Shown here in pieces: positions 36,336-46,132 of a stretch of DNA of 64,000 bases. Origin of the DNA: an uncultured virus (IMG/VR IMGVR_UViG_3300020305_000266). Its lineage: Duplodnaviria > Heunggongvirae > Uroviricota > Caudoviricetes. A model generated the notes under the pieces. The model had not been told where the DNA came from, ran no database searches, and worked only from the letters and a program-made list of their open reading frames with translations. The stretch lies in the IMG/VR virus record IMGVR_UViG_3300020305_000266, one strand, 5' to 3'. Each line of letters begins with the position of its first letter. Positions within the stretch are counted from its first letter, which is position 1. Made by a program: the position numbers and the translations under genes.

Positions 36336-36624
36336 GAGTAGACCAAAACCAACAGTAATATTAGAGAACATTGATAAGAATAATTATAAATGTGAACAAA
36401 TATTAAAGGCTGATGCGATATGGGCCGTCTTTTTTAAAAAGGCACCATTCAACCTAAAAACCTCTAATGCTTTAACAAATTATCCTGGACCCAAATATAA
36501 AAAGGTGTCCTTCTCCAATCCAGGACATGCTCATAATCTAGCTAAAAAGCTGAATGAGATGTTCAAATGTGAAGATTTTTCCGTTTATAAATTAACTGAC
36601 GGAGAAGTGGTTACGGATGAATGA
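36334..36624 (+). CDS. hypothetical protein
   Basis: MSRPKP...SFSNPGHA. Confidence 0.7.
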   Translation: MSRPKPTVILENIDKNNYKCEQILKADAIWAVFFKKAPFNLKTSNALTNYPGPKYKKVSFSNPGHAHNLAKKLNEMFKCEDFSVYKLTDGEVVTDE

Positions 36625-37004
36625 ACTGGAAAGAAACATACACTAAGATCTTCCTAAAACAGGCTGATATTGCTATTAGTGAAACTTCGCTAAAACAATA
36701 CATGCCTACTTGGTGGCAAAATACTAGAGGAAAAGAGACTGGCGGATTACGACTTACCGACGACGGTTTTGATTTTTTGGTTGAAAAAATAGATCTACAA
36801 ATGTATGAAATTCCTTTTCCAAAAGATTTCACAATGACAACACAAACTGTGATATTCTTGGATCAATTTATTAATTGTCCTTATTATCTTTCCCCAAGAA
36901 GTATATTTGTAACGGACGAAAAGAAGTCTATGGAACTACATCTTTTCTCCGGAGACCTCCGAAAATATGGATTAGTAAAAGCAATTCAACGCCAAAAAAA
37001 ATAA
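36621..37004 (+). CDS. hypothetical protein
   Basis: ATGA coupling; GGLRLT..G. Confidence 0.7.
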   Translation: MNWKETYTKIFLKQADIAISETSLKQYMPTWWQNTRGKETGGLRLTDDGFDFLVEKIDLQMYEIPFPKDFTMTTQTVIFLDQFINCPYYLSPRSIFVTDEKKSMELHLFSGDLRKYGLVKAIQRQKK

Positions 37005-37023
37005 TATTTTGGTAAAAAAGAGG

Positions 37024-37051
37024 TTGACTTTTATTTGTTCTGTGCTATAAT
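37024..37051 (+). promoter_or_regulatory. sigma70-type promoter with extended -10
   Basis: TTGACT-16 nt-TATAAT with TG one base before the -10. Confidence 0.7.
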
Positions 37052-37097
37052 GTATACATAGTTAGAAATTAGGCACTGACAAATAAAGGAGTACAAT

Positions 37098-38186
37098 ATG
37101 GACAATATAGCATTAAGAACAGTATCACCCAACGGAGCAAAAAGAAGTATCCGTAGGGCATTCAAAAAGAAAAGACCACTTTTTATTTGGGGACCTCCAG
37201 GCATTGGTAAGTCTGAAGTAGTTCATCAAATAGGTGACGAATATAAAAAAGCATTAGTAATTGATATAAGACTTTCATTATGGGAACCTACAGACATCAA
37301 AGGTATTCCTTATTTTGATAGCAATGCCGGTACAATGGTATGGGCACCACCTTCAGAACTTCCTGATGCGGAAACCGCTAAGAAGTATGAAATAGTCATT
37401 TTATTTATGGACGAAATGAACTCTGCTCCTCCGGCTGTACAGGCGGCGGCTTATCAGCTTATTCTTAACAGACGTGTAGGCACTTATCATTTGCCAGAGA
37501 ACGTTGTTATTGTAGCGGCTGGTAACAGAGATGCTGACAAAGGTGTTACTTATAGAATGCCTGCTCCGTTGGCAAACAGGTTCATTCACTTAGAAATGAA
37601 AGTAGACTTTGATGATTGGTTTCAGTGGGCGGCTGAGCATAAACTTCATCAAGACGTCGTAGGTTATTTAAATTTTAGCAAGAAGGACTTGTATGACTTT
37701 GATCCAAAAAGCCCAAGTCGTTCATTTGCTACACCGCGTTCTTGGTCATTTGTTTCCGAGCTTATCGAAGACGATGATGATGAGAATACCACTACCGATT
37801 TGGTAAGTGGTGCCGTAGGCGAAGGACTTGCCGTTAAGTTCATGGCGCATCGTAAGGTTGCTTCAAAACTTCCTAAACCCACTGACATCCTAGATGGCAA
37901 GGTTAAGGATTTAGAGACTAAAGAAATCAGTGCCATGTATTCCTTGACAGTCTCTTTATGCTATGAACTGAAAGAAGCCTGTGATAAAAAGGATAAAAAG
38001 TTTGATACGAAAGTTAATAACTTCCTTAGATTCGCAATGGACAACTTTGATACAGAATTGGTTGTTATGGGTATAAAGTTAGCCCTCACACAATACTCAC
38101 TTCCAATAGACCCAGATGAGGTCGACTGTTTCGATGAATTCCATAACAGGTTTGGTAAGTACGTAACTGCGGCTCAAAGTGCTTAA
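37098..38186 (+). CDS. MoxR-like AAA+ ATPase
   Basis: GPPGIGKS, FMDE, AAGN, LANRF and TPRSW motifs. Confidence 0.9.
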   Translation: MDNIALRTVSPNGAKRSIRRAFKKKRPLFIWGPPGIGKSEVVHQIGDEYKKALVIDIRLSLWEPTDIKGIPYFDSNAGTMVWAPPSELPDAETAKKYEIVILFMDEMNSAPPAVQAAAYQLILNRRVGTYHLPENVVIVAAGNRDADKGVTYRMPAPLANRFIHLEMKVDFDDWFQWAAEHKLHQDVVGYLNFSKKDLYDFDPKSPSRSFATPRSWSFVSELIEDDDDENTTTDLVSGAVGEGLAVKFMAHRKVASKLPKPTDILDGKVKDLETKEISAMYSLTVSLCYELKEACDKKDKKFDTKVNNFLRFAMDNFDTELVVMGIKLALTQYSLPIDPDEVDCFDEFHNRFGKYVTAAQSA

Positions 38187-38200
38187 TAGCACTAGGAGTT

Positions 38201-38232
38201 TGGGCGTCTCCTTTAAAAAACGCCCATTTTTT
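38201..38232 (+). terminator. intrinsic terminator candidate (could also form a pseudoknot)
   Basis: TGGGCGT/ACGCCCA stem followed by T6. Confidence 0.6.
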
Positions 38233-38235
38233 CAC

Positions 38236-38264
38236 TTGACAAATGATGAAAAATGTTGTATATT
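38236..38264 (+). promoter_or_regulatory. sigma70-type promoter
   Basis: TTGACA-17 nt-TATATT. Confidence 0.7.
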
Positions 38265-38295
38265 AAATATATAATAAGGCAATACGGAGAGGCAC

Positions 38296-39564
38296 ATGAC
38301 TATAGATACTAAAGGATTTGAACCAAAAGAGCTTACAGTAGATGAGCTTAAAGCAATGAGAGAAGACGTTGCTGATAGAATAATTGTAGCAAGAGTAGGA
38401 TTACTACTTAGACACCCATTCTTTGGTAACATGGCTACAAGACTTATTGTTAAAAACTGTGATGACTGGTGTCCTACTGCCGCAACAGACGGTAAACATT
38501 TATTTTATAATACACAATTCTTTAATGCTTTATCTAATAAAGAGATAGAGTTTGTTATAGCACATGAGATACTTCATTGTGTTTTTGACCATATTATTAG
38601 ACGTGAAGAAAGAGATCCAGAAATTTATAATATCGCTTGTGACTATATTGTAAATAATACATTGGTAAGAGATAAAATTGGTGATCCAGTAAAAATGATT
38701 CCTATTTTTCAAGACTGGAAATATGATGGTTGGCAATCAGAAGCAGTATATGATGACATATACGAGAAGGCTAAAGAGAACGGTAAGCAATTCTTAAAAC
38801 AATTAGGCGAACTTTTAGACGAGCATATTGACTGGGAGAAAAAACCAGGGCAAAGTAAAAAAGGTAATGGTTCTAAAAACGGACAACGTCCGCATTATAC
38901 AAAAGATGAAATGAAAAAAATTAGAGATCAAATAAAAGAAAACATGATCTCTGCGGCACAATCCGCTGGTGCTGGTAATGTTCCTGCTGAAATAGAAAGA
39001 ATGATAAAGGAACTTACTGAACCTAAAATGAATTGGAAAGAAATACTAAGACAACAAATTCAGGCAACTGTAAGGAATGATTATACATTTAGTAGACCTA
39101 GTAGAAAAGGTTGGCATAGTGGTGTTGTTTTACCAGGTATGAATTTTGATCAACAGATAGATTGTGCTATTGGCTTTGATATGTCAGGTTCTATTGGAGA
39201 CGATCAAGCTAAATTATTCCTATCTGAAGTAAAAGGTATAATGGATGAATTTAAAGAATACAATTTAAAACTATGGTGTTTTGATACTAATGTATATGCT
39301 GAAAAAGATTATTCTAGTTCAGATGGAGAAGACTTTTCTAAGTATCAACCAGTAGGAGGTGGCGGTACTGACTTTATGGTTAATTGGGAATATATGAAAG
39401 AACACGATATACAACCTAAGAAGTTTATTATGTTTACAGACGGTTATCCATTTGGTAGTTGGGGTGATGAAGATTATTGTGATACTGTATTTGTTATACA
39501 TGGACATCACGATAGAAACTTTGTAGCACCGTTTGGAATAACTGCTCATTACGAGGATGCCTAA
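38296..39564 (+). CDS. metallopeptidase-like + VWA domain protein (DUF2201-like), MoxR partner
   Basis: TAATDG, HEILH (HExxH), DMSGS (MIDAS), GGGGTDF and FTDG motifs. Confidence 0.88.
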   Translation: MTIDTKGFEPKELTVDELKAMREDVADRIIVARVGLLLRHPFFGNMATRLIVKNCDDWCPTAATDGKHLFYNTQFFNALSNKEIEFVIAHEILHCVFDHIIRREERDPEIYNIACDYIVNNTLVRDKIGDPVKMIPIFQDWKYDGWQSEAVYDDIYEKAKENGKQFLKQLGELLDEHIDWEKKPGQSKKGNGSKNGQRPHYTKDEMKKIRDQIKENMISAAQSAGAGNVPAEIERMIKELTEPKMNWKEILRQQIQATVRNDYTFSRPSRKGWHSGVVLPGMNFDQQIDCAIGFDMSGSIGDDQAKLFLSEVKGIMDEFKEYNLKLWCFDTNVYAEKDYSSSDGEDFSKYQPVGGGGTDFMVNWEYMKEHDIQPKKFIMFTDGYPFGSWGDEDYCDTVFVIHGHHDRNFVAPFGITAHYEDA

Positions 39565-39570
39565 TAATAT

Positions 39571-39852
39571 ATGAAACTAAAGCATAAATTATCCCCTCAA
39601 GACTATTTTAGGTTTAGAAGATTAAAACATCAGCCTCCCCATTTGGCTATAATAGATTTACCTGTGAAATATAATATCCAAAATGCTATTGAAAATTGGA
39701 TAGACAGCAACTTAAAGAACAGGTATTTTATTGGAAAATCTATAGGATTAACCAAGGATAATAATGTGGATCAAGTACTAAGAGTAGGATTTGAAGATCC
39801 AAAAGAGCTGTCATTTTTCGTTTTAGCTTGTCCACTTTTGAAGTACAAGTAA
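39571..39852 (+). CDS. hypothetical protein
   Basis: 93-aa ORF; VGFEDPKELSFF. Confidence 0.65.
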   Translation: MKLKHKLSPQDYFRFRRLKHQPPHLAIIDLPVKYNIQNAIENWIDSNLKNRYFIGKSIGLTKDNNVDQVLRVGFEDPKELSFFVLACPLLKYK

Positions 39853-39892
39853 ATACTGAGCAGATAATTACTATATAGAAGGAGTATAAAAT

Positions 39893-40186
39893 ATGTCTGA
39901 AAACACAACTGTACCAGGTACAAACCCCGCAGAAGCACCTGCTGGAGCACCAGCTCAAGGCACACCGCCAACTGGAGCCCCTGTAGAACTAACTGTACAA
40001 GATCTTGGAGTAATTAAATCCATTATCGATGTTGCTTCACAGAGGGGTGCTTTTAGAGCAAATGAAATGGAAGCCGTTGGCAAAACTTTTAACAAACTTG
40101 ACTCATTCCTTTCAACTGTTCAAAAGGCAGAAGAAGAAGCAAAAAAAGCCAACGAAGGAAAAGAAGAGTCTAAAGGAGACAAATAA
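39893..40186 (+). CDS. hypothetical protein
   Basis: TAAATA at 39850; AAGGAG SD; LTVQDL...RGAF. Confidence 0.7.
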   Translation: MSENTTVPGTNPAEAPAGAPAQGTPPTGAPVELTVQDLGVIKSIIDVASQRGAFRANEMEAVGKTFNKLDSFLSTVQKAEEEAKKANEGKEESKGDK

Positions 40187-40842
40187 TGGCTGATATAAAA
40201 CACGTAGGTAGACTTAAAGCCAACCAGAGAAAGGTTGTTGTCGCTTACAAAGTCATCCCAAATGAAGATCCAGCAGTAAGTGCATTAGTGATTGATACGG
40301 CAACATTAGAAGATGCTGATCACGATGCTTTAATTAATACTGTCCAAGGTAACGCAGGCCAATCGGCATTTGAATTTGCTGAAGTAATGGCAAGAAGCAC
40401 ATTACCAGATGGTTCGAACATGTTAGCTAGATTCCATGCTACTGGAAAATTAGTTAAGGTTCCGCACACTTCAATTGAAATGATGCCTAATCCAAACGCA
40501 ACTGTAGGATTAGATGAACTGGTTAAAATTATTGCTGAACAAAGAGGCACAACTGTAGCAGGTTTGGCTATGAAAAATCCAAACGAATTGCCAGAAGGCA
40601 CAACTATTACAGAAGCTGGTTCAGTAAACGAGATGCCAAAGGCATCAAACGTACTAGCAGAATCACAGGCGGCAAATATTCAAGCCCCGAACAACGCGGC
40701 ATTGACAGATGAGCAATTGGCGGCAAGCTATAGATCTCAAGCTGATAGACTTTATAAAGAAGCAAAAAGTCTAAGAGAACAAGCTGAAGAGCTAGTTCCT
40801 ACTACTAAGAAAAGCAAAGCCAGTGTCAAAGCGGCTTCCTGA
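40186..40842 (+). CDS. hypothetical protein
   Basis: AAGGAG SD; TAATG coupling. Confidence 0.7.
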   Translation: MADIKHVGRLKANQRKVVVAYKVIPNEDPAVSALVIDTATLEDADHDALINTVQGNAGQSAFEFAEVMARSTLPDGSNMLARFHATGKLVKVPHTSIEMMPNPNATVGLDELVKIIAEQRGTTVAGLAMKNPNELPEGTTITEAGSVNEMPKASNVLAESQAANIQAPNNAALTDEQLAASYRSQADRLYKEAKSLREQAEELVPTTKKSKASVKAAS

Positions 40843-41140
40843 TGATGTAATTAAGCATTGGCCAGACGTTTTCAAAGATATTGATATACATACTATCCCC
40901 ATAAACTATCTTAGTTCTATAAAGGTAGAATTTAAAAAAGGTAGAGTGTGGGAGATAGATTGTAACGCAAAAAGAGAAACCGGTGCTGATCTAGACAAAA
41001 GCATATCAGATTTATTCAAAGAGTACGGAGAAGATATATTACACGTTGATTTTAGGCTTAACACGCCTAAACTTAAGAGAGATATAGAAAAACGTACTAG
41101 AGCATTCTTAAAAAACCCCAGAAAAAAGAGAACACGATAA
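40823..41140 (+). CDS. hypothetical protein
   Basis: GTG start; HWPDVF. Confidence 0.6.
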   Translation: MSKRLPDDVIKHWPDVFKDIDIHTIPINYLSSIKVEFKKGRVWEIDCNAKRETGADLDKSISDLFKEYGEDILHVDFRLNTPKLKRDIEKRTRAFLKNPRKKRTR

Positions 41141-41186
41141 TTGATTAATGTGATAAATATATACAACAACGAATTAGGAGTATTAG

Positions 41187-42284
41187 ATGGGTACTTTAAG
41201 ACTTAAAAGAGGGACTAAAGAAGCACTGCAAACCAACCCCGGTTTTACACCCGCGGAAGGTGAACTTGTTTATACAACAGACAGTAAAGAAGTATTTGTA
41301 GGTGATGGAGCCACACAAGGTGGTGTAGCAGTTTCAGTATCCACACAAAACCTAGAAGACTTAGGTAACGTTCAAGCACTAGCGGCGCAAAAAGACCAAA
41401 TTTTAGTATATACAGGGTCTCAATGGGCGGCAACAAACAATCCAGCAGTAGACATACGTGGTAACATATATGGTGATGATTCCACACTATTAGTTGATGC
41501 TATCAACGGAAAAATAGTAGGACCAGTAGAAACTTCAACAGTAGCGGCAACTACACTAACAGGAAACCTTACAGGTGATACTAACGGATCACATACAGGC
41601 GGAGTGGTTGGTGATGTTGTAGGTAATGTAGTAGGAACTATCACTGGCTCATTAACAGGTACTATGACAGGTTCAGTATTTGGTGATGACAGTTCAGGAC
41701 TACTAGTTGACGGTATTAACAATCAAATTACTGGCTCCATTAATGCTATGAATGTTTCAACATTTGATAACACAATTAACATTGGTACTAAATCAGCCAA
41801 TCCAGCTTTTAATTATAATACAACATCAACAAACGGTTCTTTTCCACAGTCAACTATACAGATTAGAAATGTACACAATGATGTAACAGCAGACGAATTA
41901 GGTATTTTCAGATCCAGAGGAGTTTTAGGAGCAAGAACAACTGTACAAGCAAATGATGTAATTGGTGGATTTGGTTGGTCAGCATATGACGGAGCATCAG
42001 TTTTAATTGGTGCGAACATGAATAGTGTTATTAATAGTGTTTCTACAAATAACCTATCAGCAGATTTAATTATTAGAACAAGAAACGGTGCTATATCAAC
42101 ATATGGCGAAGCAATGAGAATTAAAGCAGATAAAGGTGTGACAACAGCAAGTTACGTCCAGTTTGGTAGTTTGACAACTACACAAAGAGATGCTTTGACT
42201 CCTGCTAATGGGATGGTAATTTACAATTCAAGTGATAATAAATTCCAAGGCTATGAAAACGGTGCTTGGGTTAATTTAATTTAA
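41187..42284 (+). CDS. tail fibre / virion appendage protein
   Basis: Mtd-N-like LRLKRGT...EGELVYTTD...VGDG; G-x3 repeats; duplicated GDDS.LLVD.IN; C-terminal GMVIYN...FQGY; TAAATA at 41154. Confidence 0.85.
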   Translation: MGTLRLKRGTKEALQTNPGFTPAEGELVYTTDSKEVFVGDGATQGGVAVSVSTQNLEDLGNVQALAAQKDQILVYTGSQWAATNNPAVDIRGNIYGDDSTLLVDAINGKIVGPVETSTVAATTLTGNLTGDTNGSHTGGVVGDVVGNVVGTITGSLTGTMTGSVFGDDSSGLLVDGINNQITGSINAMNVSTFDNTINIGTKSANPAFNYNTTSTNGSFPQSTIQIRNVHNDVTADELGIFRSRGVLGARTTVQANDVIGGFGWSAYDGASVLIGANMNSVINSVSTNNLSADLIIRTRNGAISTYGEAMRIKADKGVTTASYVQFGSLTTTQRDALTPANGMVIYNSSDNKFQGYENGAWVNLI

Positions 42285-42855
42285 ATAACTTACCCTTATC
42301 ATACAATTCAACAATTTCGTTAAAAGGTATATCTGTACTAAATTGACAGTGGAATCTATAGTCGTTTGTTTCATTTGTAGCATTATGATACTCTAACAAA
42401 TTAAAGATTACAGCAGTATGATCTGTATAATTTATAGTTTCTTGTAATTTAAATTTAGCATTATCGTAATCACTGTATTCTCCTTCTTCTAAGGTCCAAA
42501 ACTTTGTTGGGCCAAAGCTACTTATAGTCAATGGGTATACAGGAATGCTTATAACACTTACTCTTGGAACAAAAGGATTCTTTTGGTCAACATGTATCTT
42601 TCCTATAGTAAAAGGTGTTTGTCCTAGTATTTCATAATGTACATCAACTAAAAATTTCTTGCCTATCTCATCCATTAGTTCTGTAGGAATAAGATCTCTA
42701 GGACAATACCAATTCCAGTCAGTCTTTCCATACTTGTCTGGCTTTGTGCCAGTGTAAGCGAAACTGTCTTTATGATTAAGTATATGATCTGCTAACTTAG
42801 ATCTTGTTTCTTTACTAAAAGTTAACTCTTTAATGTGCTGAAAATATGGTCTCAT
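42271..42855 (-). CDS. Fe/2OG oxygenase-like (DSBH) protein
   Basis: IHVD...YHNATN...R. Confidence 0.55.
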   Translation of the reverse strand: MRPYFQHIKELTFSKETRSKLADHILNHKDSFAYTGTKPDKYGKTDWNWYCPRDLIPTELMDEIGKKFLVDVHYEILGQTPFTIGKIHVDQKNPFVPRVSVISIPVYPLTISSFGPTKFWTLEEGEYSDYDNAKFKLQETINYTDHTAVIFNLLEYHNATNETNDYRFHCQFSTDIPFNEIVELYDKGKLFKLN

Positions 42856-43430
42856 TTATTACTCCGTAGTGGATAATTATTTTTAATTTTTTCTTTTATT
42901 TCATCAAAAGTATTATGGGTAAACCGTAACTTAAATAATATCCTATCTTGATCTTTTTGAACTGGAACACTATGATTGATACTTACATTTAACAATGCAA
43001 CATCATAGTATTCATCAGCATGTCCCTCAAAATTTATAGGAGTTTGTTCTCCTTCTAGGATAAAATTTATAGCACATAAAGTGCCTACATCAGTATGTAC
43101 AGGCACTTCAGAACCTTGTGTCTGCGTTAAAAAGTTTGCTTTGATTGTATCAGTTTCACAAATCTTTTTGAATAAAGATGTTAATCGTCTACTCTCTGAG
43201 AGATCAAATTCTGTGACTTTAGGTTCTCTTGAAGCATTCCACGACCTTTGCTCTGTCCACCATTTGTTATTTTTTTCAATAAATGACATATCGTCATTGT
43301 AATCCAATCCTTCATTATATATCCATGTCAAGGTATCTTTATTAATTGGTTGGTACTGAAATACCTTAGACTCTTCTAACAGCTTTTTCTTATCATGATC
43401 TACTACAAATTTAAAAATACAATCTTCCAT
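42852..43430 (-). CDS. Fe/2OG oxygenase-like (DSBH) protein
   Basis: VHTD...CAINF...HSV...RILFK. Confidence 0.6.
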   Translation of the reverse strand: MEDCIFKFVVDHDKKKLLEESKVFQYQPINKDTLTWIYNEGLDYNDDMSFIEKNNKWWTEQRSWNASREPKVTEFDLSESRRLTSLFKKICETDTIKANFLTQTQGSEVPVHTDVGTLCAINFILEGEQTPINFEGHADEYYDVALLNVSINHSVPVQKDQDRILFKLRFTHNTFDEIKEKIKNNYPLRSNK

Positions 43431-43431
43431 T

Positions 43432-44133
43432 TTAATTTTTCCTACCTAAGTAATACATCCTATTACCCATATCTAAAGCTACTATATCTCCAGTCGCAAA
43501 CCAGTCATCATATATACTTGTTGATCCTTTCACATGTAACTCATGATCAATTATCTTCCAATCACAATAATATGTATCTCCTAAAATTGTATATCCTTCG
43601 AAACATCTTTCCTTTACATAGTTAACTTTATCTATACTATCAAATTCTATGTTAATTGTTATAGGACCTATTTCACTCATTCCCCAGTTAGGTTGTACAA
43701 TAGCTCCTTTAGAAACAAAAGCTTCTATCATATCCCAAGATACAGGATCACTGCCGCCTAATATTCTTTTACCTGTCAAATCACAATCTTTAAATCCTTT
43801 AGTATTCATTACTGCTGTCATTTGTGCTGGTGCTAAAAATGTATGGGTATAATTTTTAAAAATGTCTAAAAACTTAAATGGATTAAATTTCATTGCTGTC
43901 ACTTCTGCGTTTACACTAAAAGCCGGTAAACTTTGTGCTAATAATCCGCCAGCATGGGTCATACGTGTCACTGTAAGTATCTTACTTGTTACTGATATCT
44001 TTTGGGCATCAACTGCTATACGATTTGCTTCTTTAAGGTTTTCTGGTGTTCTAAAAATGTCCTTGGACGGGCCTGTTGTCCCACTACTAGAAATGGTTAC
44101 ACCATTTTCTAATACGTGCTGAAAATCAACCAT
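43432..44133 (-). CDS. minimal AMP-binding (adenylate-forming) enzyme
   Basis: SSGTTGPSK, WGMSE, FATGD and LGR motifs; ends before the C-terminal subdomain. Confidence 0.75.
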   Translation of the reverse strand: MVDFQHVLENGVTISSSGTTGPSKDIFRTPENLKEANRIAVDAQKISVTSKILTVTRMTHAGGLLAQSLPAFSVNAEVTAMKFNPFKFLDIFKNYTHTFLAPAQMTAVMNTKGFKDCDLTGKRILGGSDPVSWDMIEAFVSKGAIVQPNWGMSEIGPITINIEFDSIDKVNYVKERCFEGYTILGDTYYCDWKIIDHELHVKGSTSIYDDWFATGDIVALDMGNRMYYLGRKN

Positions 44134-45166
44134 TTTCGTATTTCTCCAAGCTATTATTAATTTGATTTTTGACTTTAATGAACGTACAAAGCTCATATAA
44201 GCGGTTTATATGCTCTGCGCCTACATACGTACAAGTACTCCGTAAACCCCCTTGTAACTGCTTTAAAATGCGTTTAATAGGCCCTTTACAGGGTATTAAT
44301 AGGTCTCTGCCTTCGTTAGGTTTGTAATCCATTTCGTCTGGATTTGTTCTGTCATACATTTTGGTACTTCCTAGCCCATACAAGTTTACAAACCGTTTTC
44401 CGTCAATTTCAATTACATTATCACACTCGTCACTTCCACTAACCATGCCTGCTATCATAACTATTTTAGCTCCCGCTCCAATTGCTTTGGCTACGTCTCC
44501 TGGAGTTACACACCCTCCATCAGAAATAATATCTAACCCAAACTTTGTTGCTTCAGGATAACAATCCATAATAGCACTTAATTGTGGTACTCCTACTCCT
44601 ACTTCAGATCTTGTCTTACAAGCGGCTCCACTACCTACACCTACTTTTATTAAATTTGCTCCTGCCATTGCTAATTTTTTAATTACTTCGGGCGTAGCTA
44701 TGTTTCCCGCACAGATTTTAATGTGCGGAAATTTTTTTCTAAACTGTGTAATAGTTTCTAACATACCTTCTACATTAGCATACACATTAGCAATGTCAAT
44801 ATTGATTAGTCCAATGTCGGGAAACTGTGAAATAATTTCTATAGTCTTTTCCCTGTCTTTAAGACGAACACCACTTGTAATAGCAATGTATCTTCTATCA
44901 CTTATTGATCGTAAGTGTTTTAGATGTTCTTCTAACTTATATTCTTTGTGTATGAAAGTAAAAAATCTCATCGGTGTAAGTATGTTTGCTATCTTATAGG
45001 TACCTGTGCTTGTCATATTAGCAACAGCTATAGGATGTACAGTGGTATCCAACCAATCTATTTCTATTTGTATATCTTTTCTCGTAAGAGATTTTGTTGC
45101 TTCTTTAGGCTCTATTAAAACATCTTTAAAATCTAATTTTATTTCTTCTTTAACTTTAGTATTCAT
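44126..45166 (-). CDS. guaC: GMP reductase (IMPDH/GMPR family)
   Basis: KLDFKDVLI.P, CAGNI, KVGVGSGAACKTR, SDGG and GGLRSTCTYVGA motifs. Confidence 0.85.
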   Translation of the reverse strand: MNTKVKEEIKLDFKDVLIEPKEATKSLTRKDIQIEIDWLDTTVHPIAVANMTSTGTYKIANILTPMRFFTFIHKEYKLEEHLKHLRSISDRRYIAITSGVRLKDREKTIEIISQFPDIGLINIDIANVYANVEGMLETITQFRKKFPHIKICAGNIATPEVIKKLAMAGANLIKVGVGSGAACKTRSEVGVGVPQLSAIMDCYPEATKFGLDIISDGGCVTPGDVAKAIGAGAKIVMIAGMVSGSDECDNVIEIDGKRFVNLYGLGSTKMYDRTNPDEMDYKPNEGRDLLIPCKGPIKRILKQLQGGLRSTCTYVGAEHINRLYELCTFIKVKNQINNSLEKYENG

Positions 45167-46088
45167 TTTCGTTTAATTTCACATGTTCGTAAAAAGGAGC
45201 TAACTTCCAATCTTTTGTAATTCTGCCTCTACGAATACTTCCAGGGTCAGGAATACCTACTTCATTATCTGTATCCCAATCTGTTATTTTTACCCATTGC
45301 CCTTTATATCTTTCTTTGTTAGTTGGATCTAAAGGAAATTCTATTGTTCCAGGTTCTACTACATTACTATATCTATGGGGCTTGCCGTAATGACTCCAAA
45401 TGTAATCTTCTGTATGACCTAGTTGGTCAGCACATAGTTTGACCATGTCAGCCATCTTTAAATTTTCATCTGCTTCTTTTTGATACCTTCCAAGTTGTCC
45501 TACATTCTTAAAACGCAAAGTTATATCAGGAACTTTTTCTCTAGTAATTAACTCAAGAGCCGCCGCTGGTGCTTGTTCATTTATACCTTTAACTAAAATT
45601 ATTCCTGCGTTCATGTTAAATTTATCTTTACAATTTTTAAATGCTTTAATTTTTTTTGTAGCACATCTCATTTCGTCTATTTGCTCGTACCAGTCATCAT
45701 TTTCTATTCCGTTTAGACTCATATAAACATGCTTTAATCCAGTAGCTTCTATCTTGTTAACAAAGGATTCACTTGACATTCTAAGTCCATTTGTAATTAA
45801 AATACAGTTATGTCCGTGTTTGAATCCAATGTTTATAAAATCTATTAGTTGTGGATGGAGTGTTGGTTCGGCTCCTACTATACGTATCATAATTGGGTTA
45901 GGAAGTTTGGCAATAAATTCTTCATATGGTTTAATTTCCATATCTGGTATGAATCTGTTTGGAACGTAGCAGTTTTTACATTCCATATTACAGCGATGAG
46001 TGATATCGGCCACAACATCAAAAAAAGAATTATTCTCCGGCTCGATCTCATAATAATTTAGGTTATCAAGATTTATCTGTTTTGTCAT
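45156..46088 (-). CDS. radical SAM protein
   Basis: CNMECKNC; GAEPTLH; TNG. Confidence 0.88.
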   Translation of the reverse strand: MTKQINLDNLNYYEIEPENNSFFDVVADITHRCNMECKNCYVPNRFIPDMEIKPYEEFIAKLPNPIMIRIVGAEPTLHPQLIDFINIGFKHGHNCILITNGLRMSSESFVNKIEATGLKHVYMSLNGIENDDWYEQIDEMRCATKKIKAFKNCKDKFNMNAGIILVKGINEQAPAAALELITREKVPDITLRFKNVGQLGRYQKEADENLKMADMVKLCADQLGHTEDYIWSHYGKPHRYSNVVEPGTIEFPLDPTNKERYKGQWVKITDWDTDNEVGIPDPGSIRRGRITKDWKLAPFYEHVKLNENEY

Positions 46089-46108
46089 ATAGGCACTCTT
46101 TTACAAAG

Positions 46109-46127
46109 TATTTATAGGATATAAATA
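46109..46127. promoter_or_regulatory. back-to-back late-type promoters
   Basis: ATAAATA on the - strand (46109-46115) and TATAAATA on the + strand (46120-46127). Confidence 0.65.
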
Positions 46128-46132
46128 TACGT

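Noticed and set aside
41450..41740. DNA-level tandem repeat in the tail fibre
   Set aside because: The periodicity is at protein level (G-x3 and duplicated GDDS motif) with diverged codons, which is ordinary for fibres.
41187..42284. Diversity-generating retroelement target, suggested by the Mtd-like N-terminus
   Set aside because: No reverse transcriptase or template/variable repeat pair is in the window, and this N-terminal motif is common in fibres.
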